From the IMG/VR virus record IMGVR_UViG_3300017747_002922, positions 1-64,000 of that record: a DNA stretch of 64,000 nt; one strand, written 5' to 3'. The DNA comes from a virus. Taxonomy: Duplodnaviria; Caudoviricetes. Made by a program: the position numbers and the translations under genes. Under the pieces are notes generated by a model. It saw only the letters and a program-made list of their open reading frames with translations, was not told where the DNA came from and searched no databases. Numbering within the stretch: position 1 is the first letter of the stretch; the number at the start of each line of letters is the position of its first letter. Below, one piece after another: positions 54,896-62,041 of the stretch.

Positions 54896-56278
54896 ATGGA
54901 CTACCTCGACTTCATCGACAAGAAGACGCAGGCCGGGAGCGACGAGGGGTTCGCGCCCATCGACCTCCCGCCCGCGCTCTTCGACTTCCAACGGTCGGTC
55001 GTTGAGTGGGCGGTTCGCAAGGGCCGCGCCGCCATCTTCGCCGATACCGGGCTCGGTAAGACGCTCATGCAGTTGGTGTGGGCGCACAACGTCGTGCTCC
55101 ACACGAACCGCCCCGTGCTCCTCCTGACCCCGTTGGCGGTAGGCGGTCAGACGGTGTTGGAGGCGGCCAAGTTCGGCATCGATGCGCGTCGCTCGCTCGA
55201 CGGAAAGACGGGCGCGGTGTGCGTGTGGGTGACGAACTACGAGAAGCTTCACCACTTCGACCCGCTCGACTTCGCGGGCGTCGTGTGTGACGAGTCGTCC
55301 ATCCTCAAGTCCTTCGACGGTTCAACACGTTCGGCCATCACCGAGTTCATGCGGAAGACGCCCTATCGCCTACTCTGCACGGCGACGGCGGCACCCAACG
55401 ACTACATCGAGTTGGGCACATCGTCGGAAGCCCTCGGCTACCTCGGTCACATGGACATGCTGTCGCGGTTCTTCAAGAACGACGCCGGCAACTCAATCCG
55501 CCCCGTCGCGTTCGGTCACGACAAGCGGTATGCGGGGTCCATGTGGCGGTTCAAGGGGCACGCCGAGGCGCCGTTCTGGCAGTGGGTGTGCTCGTGGGCG
55601 CGGGCCTTGCGCAAGCCGTCGGACGTGGGCGGCGATGACACGCCGTTCATCCTGCCGGCACTCACCCAAGCGGAGCACGTCATCAAGACAGCGACGCCGC
55701 GCGAAGGGTTCCTGTTCACGCTGCCGGCCCGCGGGTTGGACGAGCAGCGCGACGAGCGCCGCCGGACCATCACCGAGCGGTGCGAACGGACGGCGGATCT
55801 CGTGAACGGAACCGGTCAACCCGCGCTTTCGTGGTGCCACCTGAACGCGGAGGGGGACCTGCTGACGAAGTTGATCCCCGACGCCGTTCAGGTCAGCGGT
55901 GCCGACTCCGACGAAGCCAAGGAAGAGGCGTTCATGGGGTTCGTGCGCGGGGACATCCGCGTCCTCGTGACCAAGCCGTCCATTGGAGCGTGGGGGCTCA
56001 ATTTTCAGCATTGTGCCCACGTCACCATGTTCCCGTCGCACTCGTACGAGCAGACGTACCAGGGAATCCGGCGGTGCTGGCGCTTCGGGCAGACGCGCCC
56101 CGTTCACGTCGACATGGTCACGTCCGAAGGGGAGCGCGGTGTCCTCGACAACTATCTGCGGAAGGCCGTCGCCGCTGACAAGATGTTTTCTCAACTCGTC
56201 GCGGAGATGAACCGCGCCAACTCCATCGACCGTTCCCGAACCTTCAACAACGCAACCAAGGTGCCAACGTGGCTGTAA
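54896..56278 (+). CDS. SNF2-like SF2 helicase
   Basis: ADTGLGKT, VCDESS, CTATAAPND, GLNFQHC, RRCWRFGQ. Confidence 0.9.
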   Translation: MDYLDFIDKKTQAGSDEGFAPIDLPPALFDFQRSVVEWAVRKGRAAIFADTGLGKTLMQLVWAHNVVLHTNRPVLLLTPLAVGGQTVLEAAKFGIDARRSLDGKTGAVCVWVTNYEKLHHFDPLDFAGVVCDESSILKSFDGSTRSAITEFMRKTPYRLLCTATAAPNDYIELGTSSEALGYLGHMDMLSRFFKNDAGNSIRPVAFGHDKRYAGSMWRFKGHAEAPFWQWVCSWARALRKPSDVGGDDTPFILPALTQAEHVIKTATPREGFLFTLPARGLDEQRDERRRTITERCERTADLVNGTGQPALSWCHLNAEGDLLTKLIPDAVQVSGADSDEAKEEAFMGFVRGDIRVLVTKPSIGAWGLNFQHCAHVTMFPSHSYEQTYQGIRRCWRFGQTRPVHVDMVTSEGERGVLDNYLRKAVAADKMFSQLVAEMNRANSIDRSRTFNNATKVPTWL

Positions 56279-57234
56279 CCGACCAGATCATCACCGACCG
56301 ATACGCCATCTACAACGGGGACTCTGTCGAGGTAATGCGCGACTTGCCTTCGGGCGTCGTCGGCCTCTCCGTCTACTCGCCCCCGTTCGGCGGGCTCTAC
56401 TGCTACTCGTCCAACGAGCGCGATCTCTCCAACTGCAAGGACTACGAACAATTCTTCGATCAGTACGGGTACTTCATCCGCGAGATCCTGCGCCTCACCA
56501 TGCCGGGCCGGATGTCGGTCGTCCACGTCACCGACGTCCCGTCGGGCAACTCCGGCGGCGACCACCTGATCGACTTCTCCGGCGATGTGATCCGCGCCCA
56601 CCAGAAGGAAGGGTGGAAGTACGTTGCGCGCTACTCCGTGTGGAAGGAGCCCCTCGGCGTGCGGAACCGGACCATGCGCAAGGACCTGGCCCACAAGTCC
56701 ATCGTTGACGACTCGTCGCGGTGCTCGTGCGCGCAGGCCGACTACATGCTCGTGTTCCGCAAGCCCGGCGAGAACGCCGTACCCATCGAGCACCCGACCG
56801 GACTGACCGACTACTACGGCGAGCGCGAGATCCCGGCGGAACTCCTGCCCTTCAAGAACTGGAAGGGCAACCAGATCGAGAACCGGTACTCTCACTGGAT
56901 CTGGCGTCAGTACGCGTCCTCGTTCTGGGATGACGTGCGCGGCGAGCGCGTGTTGCCCTTCCACGAAGCGCGCGAGGATGAGGACGAGAAGCACGTTCAC
57001 CCGCTGCAACTCGACGTGATCGACCGCTCTATCATCCTCTGGTCCAACCCCGGCGAGGTCGTGTTCACGCCGTTCATGGGCGTGGGGTCCGAGGTCCACG
57101 AAGCGGTCAAGTTGGGCCGCAAGGGCATCGGCTGCGAACTGAAGCCGTCGTACTTCGCGCAGGCCGTGAAGAACCTCGCGGCGGTCGACGTCGGCCCCGA
57201 CGACTCGCAACTCTCGTTGTTCGGGAAGCCCTGA
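56269..57234 (+). CDS. DNA N4-cytosine/N6-adenine methyltransferase, beta class
   Basis: Motif IV YSPPF before motif I PFMGVGS; GCELKPSYF. Confidence 0.9.
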   Translation: MAVTDQIITDRYAIYNGDSVEVMRDLPSGVVGLSVYSPPFGGLYCYSSNERDLSNCKDYEQFFDQYGYFIREILRLTMPGRMSVVHVTDVPSGNSGGDHLIDFSGDVIRAHQKEGWKYVARYSVWKEPLGVRNRTMRKDLAHKSIVDDSSRCSCAQADYMLVFRKPGENAVPIEHPTGLTDYYGEREIPAELLPFKNWKGNQIENRYSHWIWRQYASSFWDDVRGERVLPFHEAREDEDEKHVHPLQLDVIDRSIILWSNPGEVVFTPFMGVGSEVHEAVKLGRKGIGCELKPSYFAQAVKNLAAVDVGPDDSQLSLFGKP

Positions 57235-57236
57235 CC

Positions 57237-57461
57237 ATGTGGACCATCTTCGCGACCGGCTACCCGGACTGCCCTCTGATCGTGGACTACCCCGCGGCCG
57301 ACCTGTCGTCAGCGGTGTCGGCGATCGTCGGCGAATGGGTGCCGGTCGCGTCGGATGGTCCCCACATCCTCCCGCTCACCGTCTACGGGCCGGGCGGGCA
57401 AACCATCGTCACCGCCCGCGTCGTCGTGATTGACGACGCAGTATCGGAGGTGTCGCTTTGA
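57237..57461 (+). CDS. Small hypothetical protein
   Basis: 74-aa ORF. Confidence 0.55.
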   Translation: MWTIFATGYPDCPLIVDYPAADLSSAVSAIVGEWVPVASDGPHILPLTVYGPGGQTIVTARVVVIDDAVSEVSL

Positions 57462-58072
57462 TTGGCCGACCCAAAAAGAACACCCCCACCGGCCGCATCC
57501 TCGTCCTGATCTGCGCGACCCCGGGCGAGGAGACGATCGAATCGTTGGCCGCCCACGTTTATCCAACCCCCCGCCGCGTCAAGGCGTTCACCAACCACGC
57601 CGAGGTCCGCGAGTGGGCGAAGTCGCAAGCAGAGGCGAGACAGCAGGCCCGCGCCCGAACCGCGCGCGTGGTCCAGCACCTCGCCGAAGCCGGCTACCTC
57701 CAGTCCAACGGCCGCCCCGTGATCGCGGACTGGTTCGCGGCCAAGGTCGCCGCCGTCGGTCTGCCCGAAGCGTTGCGGCGTGCGGGCCCGCGGTGGAACC
57801 GGTCGCTGGCGAACACCGCGCCCACCGGCCCGCTCGCGTTCAGCGGCTACCACGAGGGGCCGGGCGTGCTCCATGCCGCGATGGTCAACCGGGTTGCGGC
57901 TTCGGTGGGGAATCCGCGCTGCACCGTCGCGGACATCATCGGGAGCAAGCCGACGACGCGCGAACAACAGGTGTGGGGCAACCTGATCGAGTGGGGAATA
58001 ATCGTACCCCCACGCGCCCGCTTCCCGACGGCGAAGGCGTTGGACCTGGTCGCGTCGTGGGGAGCGCCGTGA
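57458..58072 (+). CDS. Hypothetical protein, possibly DNA-binding
   Basis: TTGA overlap, GGAGG RBS; GRPKK start. Confidence 0.65.
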   Translation: MIGRPKKNTPTGRILVLICATPGEETIESLAAHVYPTPRRVKAFTNHAEVREWAKSQAEARQQARARTARVVQHLAEAGYLQSNGRPVIADWFAAKVAAVGLPEALRRAGPRWNRSLANTAPTGPLAFSGYHEGPGVLHAAMVNRVAASVGNPRCTVADIIGSKPTTREQQVWGNLIEWGIIVPPRARFPTAKALDLVASWGAP

Positions 58073-58413
58073 CCCTCTTCAACCAGCCCGCGCCGCCCAT
58101 GCCCCGCGTCGGGGTGTGGGCGGACATCGGGCGATGGATCACCGGAGACGCCGAATGGCCCGCCGACATCCCCCGCGCCTGTACCGCGTCCTCGTCATCG
58201 CCCGTCGCCGTCGTCGCGAGCGAATCGCCGACCTCAAACTGCAAGCCGAGTTCGGGTGGTGGGACGACTACCGACGCGCCCACAACCTGCCCGCCGACGC
58301 CGACCCCTACGCGGGCGGCTACTTCTGACCCCAACGTCGTCCGCGTCGCGCTCGATCACTGGGCGCGCGTGTGGGCGACCTACCCGAACCACCGCCCACG
58401 AGGTGACGAATGA
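58069..58413 (+). CDS. Hypothetical ORF that fully overlaps a nested gene
   Basis: GTGA and ATGA overlaps at its ends; middle third low-complexity. Confidence 0.35.
   Translation: MTLFNQPAPPMPRVGVWADIGRWITGDAEWPADIPRACTASSSSPVAVVASESPTSNCKPSSGGGTTTDAPTTCPPTPTPTRAATSDPNVVRVALDHWARVWATYPNHRPRGDE
58155..58328 (+). CDS. 57-aa basic protein (MARRHPPRLYRVLVIARRRRRERIADLKLQAEFGWW...)
   Basis: GGAG RBS; protein-like composition. Confidence 0.55.
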   Translation: MARRHPPRLYRVLVIARRRRRERIADLKLQAEFGWWDDYRRAHNLPADADPYAGGYF

Positions 58414-58643
58414 GACTCTCCTACCGACTCCGATGGCCCCCCTACCTGTTCTGGTGGGCGTGGGTCGTCACCCCATGGCGCCGACTCGTTGTGTGGACCG
58501 ATCGCCTTCGCGGCCTGTCGTGGTCGCGCTGTCCGGGTTGCGGTGCCTTCGAGGAGGAGATGCAGGACCCGTGCGACGCCTGCCCTTCCCGGTGCCATCA
58601 CCCGATCACCGTCAACCGCTACGGGAGTGTGACCACACCATGA
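58410..58643 (+). CDS. Small Trp-rich protein with a C-terminal zinc ribbon (CPGC, CDAC)
   Basis: ATGA overlap. Confidence 0.6.
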   Translation: MRLSYRLRWPPYLFWWAWVVTPWRRLVVWTDRLRGLSWSRCPGCGAFEEEMQDPCDACPSRCHHPITVNRYGSVTTP

Positions 58644-59002
58644 ACCCCGCCGACCTGACCGCTATCCGCACCTCGATCCTGACGGCCGACACGTCCACGA
58701 TGTCCGGTGCCGAGCGTGACTGGTACCGTGCCTGCGTCGCCCTGCTCGCCGAGGTCGACCGCCTCACGCCCGCGCCGAAGCCCGAACTGCCGCCGATCGA
58801 CGAGTTGCCCATGGTGGTCGGCAGGACGTGGGGCCGCTTCTACGGCACGGCCCTGTTTCACTCGCTCGCCAAGTACAACGACGAGCACTTCCCAGCGTGT
58901 GGTCGGGTCATGCCCCGGCGCTACATGACGCACGCCGTCACTACGCAGTCTCGCCCCTGCGCCGCCTGCCTCGCGTTGGCGAAATCTTCGGAGCAACCAT
59001 GA
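58640..59002 (+). CDS. Hypothetical protein (ACG...CAAC)
   Basis: ATGA overlap. Confidence 0.6.
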   Translation: MNPADLTAIRTSILTADTSTMSGAERDWYRACVALLAEVDRLTPAPKPELPPIDELPMVVGRTWGRFYGTALFHSLAKYNDEHFPACGRVMPRRYMTHAVTTQSRPCAACLALAKSSEQP

Positions 59003-59358
59003 ACCCCACCTGCGCTCACACCGTCATCGTCCCGTCGCCGTCCAACGGCCACCACTGTCGCGACTGCGGCACCCCGTTCGTCCTCGCCCGGTTCGCACCC
59101 CTGACCCCGTGGAGCACCTTGGCCGCCGTGGTTGAGGAGCGCAACCGCTACTATGCCGAGGTCGCCGCGCTTCGGTCGCAGGTCGAGGAGTTGATGCGGT
59201 GCGGGGTGTCGATCCACAAAGCGGCATCGGCGGCCGTGGACTTCGAGCGCGAACGGGTCAACGGGATCCTCACGCGCATGGCCTCGGACGCGCACGACCG
59301 GGGCGACTCGGCGGCGGCGGACGCGTTGGCGGCGGCGGCGATTGCGGTGCGGCCGTGA
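58999..59358 (+). CDS. Zinc-ribbon/coiled-coil hypothetical protein
   Basis: CAH...CRDCG; ATGA overlap. Confidence 0.6.
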   Translation: MNPTCAHTVIVPSPSNGHHCRDCGTPFVLARFAPLTPWSTLAAVVEERNRYYAEVAALRSQVEELMRCGVSIHKAASAAVDFERERVNGILTRMASDAHDRGDSAAADALAAAAIAVRP

Positions 59359-59383
59359 CCCCGCGCCACTTGCGGCGGGGGCG

Positions 59384-59412
59384 TTGACGGGGGCGGCGTG
59401 ATCTGGTAAGAA
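59384..59412 (+). promoter_or_regulatory. Promoter TTGACG-N17-TAAGAA for the dpdA-like/queC operon
   Basis: Canonical spacing; predicted +1 near 59419. Confidence 0.55.
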
Positions 59413-59430
59413 GACTTCGATTCGCTGATG

Positions 59431-59532
59431 TTCGATGGCAGTCGAACGGAAGCTCCGATTCTTAGCGGCGATGGCCGCGCCCTGCGCCACCCGGTTCCGC
59501 TGCCACGGCGCCGGGTGGCCTTCGGAGTTTCG
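59431..59532 (+). ncRNA. Candidate cis-regulatory structured leader (three-way junction masking the SD)
   Basis: P1 59449-58/59522-31, P2 59465-69/59474-78, P3 59486-94/59511-19, plus 5' hairpin 59431-35/59442-46. Confidence 0.5.
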
Positions 59533-60153
59533 GTGATCTCGTACGCCTCTCGCACCGGCACCAAACGCAACCTCGCGGCCCTCCGTGGCGCGGGGTGGCG
59601 GATCCTTGTGTCGGCGAAGGGCGTCCACCGCACCGAGGGATTCCCCTACGCGATCGACAACGGGGCGTGGACGGCGCATCAGCAGGGCATCCCGTTCGAC
59701 GATGCGGCGTTCATCAAGTGCGTGAACTACCTCGGCGCCGACGCTGACTTCGTGGTGGCCCCTGATGTCGTCATGGGCGGCATGGGGTCGCTCGCGTTGT
59801 CGCTGACGTGGCTCCCGTGGTTGCGCGATCGGTGCCGCCGGATCCTTGTCCCCGTTCAGGACGGGATGACCGACGAGGACATCGCGCCGCTCCTGTCTCC
59901 CGAGCTCGGGATCTTCGTGGGCGGATCGACCGAGTGGAAGGAGGCGACCACCCTCCGATGGTCGCGCCTTGCTCACGCTCACGGGGCGTGGTGCCACGTC
60001 GGGCGCGTCAACACGGTTCGTCGGATCCGCATCTGTCAGTTCGCCGCCGTCGATTCGATCGATGGTTCGTCCGCCTCTCGCTACGCCGTGACCCTGCCGA
60101 AACTTGACGGGGCCGTTCGTCAACCTTCTCTCTTCGGGTGCCTGAATGCCTGA
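59533..60153 (+). CDS. Minimal TGT/DpdA-like deazaguanine transglycosylase (206 aa)
   Basis: TGT-type motifs IDNGAW, APDVV, VPVQDG, IFVGG, HVGRVN, DSIDGS; adjacent to queC; GGAG 5 nt before the GTG. Confidence 0.7.
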   Translation: MISYASRTGTKRNLAALRGAGWRILVSAKGVHRTEGFPYAIDNGAWTAHQQGIPFDDAAFIKCVNYLGADADFVVAPDVVMGGMGSLALSLTWLPWLRDRCRRILVPVQDGMTDEDIAPLLSPELGIFVGGSTEWKEATTLRWSRLAHAHGAWCHVGRVNTVRRIRICQFAAVDSIDGSSASRYAVTLPKLDGAVRQPSLFGCLNA

Positions 60154-60742
60154 CCTTGTCGTCCTTCTCTCCGGTGGCCTTGACTCGACGGTGTGCGCCG
60201 AGATTGCCCGTCGATCGGGACACCTTCACTCCGTCGTCTCGTTCGCGTACGGACAAGCGAATACCGTGCAGGAGATGGGTGCGGCCGAACGGTGGGCGGC
60301 GCGTCACAGGGTTCCCCGCAAGGTGTTCGCGGTCGACGTGCCCGGCGTGTCCGCCCTCGACATCGGGGCGGGCGCCCACGGCCCCCGCGTGGTCGCCGGC
60401 CGCAATCTGCTTCTCCTGTCGCACGCCACCGCCTACGCGTTGTCGGTCGGTGCCTGTCGCGTGTGGATCGGTTGCAACGCGGACGACGCCGAGGACTACC
60501 CCGACTGTCGGCGCGAGTTCATCGAGGCCGCCGGGATGATGACGTGGCTCGCCTACGGGTCGCGGGTGTGGGCCCCCCTGATCGACATGAACAAGCGGCA
60601 AGTCGTGGCGAAGGCGCGCGAACTCGGGGTCGACATCGCTGATACGTGGTCCTGCTACCAGCCGTCGATCGCTCGCCCGCTGGAACCGTGCGGGACCTGC
60701 AACGCGTGCCGACTTCGGGCGTCCGCGATGGGTGACGAATGA
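60146..60742 (+). CDS. queC: 7-cyano-7-deazaguanine synthase QueC
   Basis: LSGGLDST, SFAYGQ, GRNLLLL, YPDCR, TWSCY...CGTCNAC. Confidence 0.9.
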   Translation: MPDLVVLLSGGLDSTVCAEIARRSGHLHSVVSFAYGQANTVQEMGAAERWAARHRVPRKVFAVDVPGVSALDIGAGAHGPRVVAGRNLLLLSHATAYALSVGACRVWIGCNADDAEDYPDCRREFIEAAGMMTWLAYGSRVWAPLIDMNKRQVVAKARELGVDIADTWSCYQPSIARPLEPCGTCNACRLRASAMGDE

Positions 60743-61026
60743 CCGCCCCCGCCAACTTCGGCCTCTACATCAAATCCCTCCGCACCGCCGCCAACCTGTC
60801 GCAGCACGAGCTTGCCCGCGACCTCGGCGTGTCTCACGTCACCCTCGGCGAAGTGGAGCGCGGCAAGCGGACCACGCTCGCGCCGCGCCACTGGCCCGAA
60901 CTCGTGCGCCGGATCGGTGCTGACTTCGGGGTGCTTCAGGCCCTCGCCACGACGGAGCGCGTAGCCACCCTACAGCGCCGGATCGACGCGCTACAGGTTG
61001 GCAATCTGCCTACTGACGGGGTATGA
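60739..61026 (+). CDS. XRE-family HTH protein (paralog 1)
   Basis: FGLYIKSLRTAANLSQHELARDLGVSHVTLGEVERG. Confidence 0.85.
   Translation: MTAPANFGLYIKSLRTAANLSQHELARDLGVSHVTLGEVERGKRTTLAPRHWPELVRRIGADFGVLQALATTERVATLQRRIDALQVGNLPTDGV
60766..60805 (+). repeat. 40-bp direct repeat, copy 1 (39/40 identical to 61769-61808)
   Basis: TACATCAAATCCCT(C/T)CGCACCGCCGCCAACCTGTCGCAGC. Confidence 0.9.
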
Positions 61027-61027
61027 T
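60998..61027 (+). promoter_or_regulatory. Leaderless promoter TTGGCA-N18-TATGAT for the mom-like gene
   Basis: The -10 box contains the HTH stop codon; the ATG is 5 nt after it. Confidence 0.55.
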
Positions 61028-61032
61028 GCGTC

Positions 61033-61737
61033 ATGGTTCACGCGTTGTCTCCTGAATGGCCGCACCCGTGGCCCCGACCGGTTCGCGTGCCGCTTGACGT
61101 GGTGACGCCGCTCCTCCGTGAGTACCACCACTACAAGGGCGGCGGGGACGTGGGCGACGCGTGGGCGTGCATCGAGCGCGGGCGTGTGGTCGCCGGTTGG
61201 GTGTGGACCCCGCCGGCACCGGGGGCGGCGTCGAAGTACGCGCCATCGTGTCCTGCGGCCGTGCTCGCCCTGTCGCGCATGGTCGCGATCCCGAAGGCGG
61301 ATCGGGCGTGGCAGATCAGCAAACCCCTCCTCTGGATCATGCGCCACGGGCTCGACCGGGGCCGATGGCCGGTCCTCCTCACGTACTCCGACAAGGGCGC
61401 CGGCCACGAGGGGATCGCCTACATGGCGTCCCGGTGGAAGCGCGGCGAGACGACGGTATCGGACACGTATGAGGACAGCGACGGGCGCCGCCGCTGTCGG
61501 TGCGTGAGGGGGGGGCAACGCGTCCCCGGCCTGACGCGCACGGGGTCCACCGAGATCACGGCGTGGACGCACCGCGTGTGCCCCATGGGTGAGGAGCAGG
61601 CGTGGATGGAGGCCCACGGGTGGCAGCGGGTCAGGGTGCCCGGCAAGACGTGGCGGTCGGGCGCGGACGCTCACACATGGCAGTGGGTCGACCCGCGGCA
61701 GTTGAACCTCTTTGAAGGAGTGCGTCATGCACTGTAA
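61033..61737 (+). CDS. Mom-family (GNAT-fold) adenine-modification enzyme
   Basis: LLREYHHY, LALSRMV, VLLTYSDKGAGHEGIAYMASRW, matching the Mom-type SYSD..GH.G..YQA.NW motif. Confidence 0.75.
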   Translation: MVHALSPEWPHPWPRPVRVPLDVVTPLLREYHHYKGGGDVGDAWACIERGRVVAGWVWTPPAPGAASKYAPSCPAAVLALSRMVAIPKADRAWQISKPLLWIMRHGLDRGRWPVLLTYSDKGAGHEGIAYMASRWKRGETTVSDTYEDSDGRRRCRCVRGGQRVPGLTRTGSTEITAWTHRVCPMGEEQAWMEAHGWQRVRVPGKTWRSGADAHTWQWVDPRQLNLFEGVRHAL

Positions 61738-62035
61738 AACCGAGGACCGAGCGACTTCGTTCGGGTCTTACATCAAATCCCTTCGCACCGCCGCCAACCT
61801 GTCGCAGCGGGCGTTGGCCGAGCGGTTGGGCGTCACCCCTGCCCACATCGCGCACATCGAGCAGGGGGAGCGCCGCGCCCTCGCCGAACGCCACTGGCCC
61901 GCGCTGGTCGCGATCGGGGCGGACCTCAACACCTTGCGCCGGCTGGCGGCCCGCCCCGAGGTTGCCGCCCTTCACGACGAGATCGACCGACTGCGTGCGC
62001 AGTTGGCTGGTAGTGCGCTTATCGGCGTGGTATAG
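61727..62035 (+). CDS. XRE-family HTH protein (paralog 2)
   Basis: FGSYIKSLRTAANLSQRALAERLGVTPAHIAHIEQG. Confidence 0.85.
   Translation: MHCKTEDRATSFGSYIKSLRTAANLSQRALAERLGVTPAHIAHIEQGERRALAERHWPALVAIGADLNTLRRLAARPEVAALHDEIDRLRAQLAGSALIGVV
61769..61808 (+). repeat. 40-bp direct repeat, copy 2
   Basis: Lies 1003 bp from copy 1. Confidence 0.9.
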
Positions 62036-62036
62036 T
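62028..62036 (+). promoter_or_regulatory. Extended -10 leaderless promoter TG-G-TATAGT for the replication initiator
   Basis: The -10 box contains the HTH stop codon; the ATG is 5 nt after it. Confidence 0.55.
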
Positions 62037-62041
62037 GCTGC

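Noticed and set aside
59428-59532. 35-aa N-terminal extension of the DpdA-like ORF from the ATG at 59428
   Set aside because: No SD and not protein-like; a good SD precedes the GTG at 59533 and the region folds as RNA. It remains a formal alternative.
59407-59532. Canonical preQ1 or purine riboswitch
   Set aside because: The consensus sequences as I recall them are absent, so it is kept only as a novel candidate.
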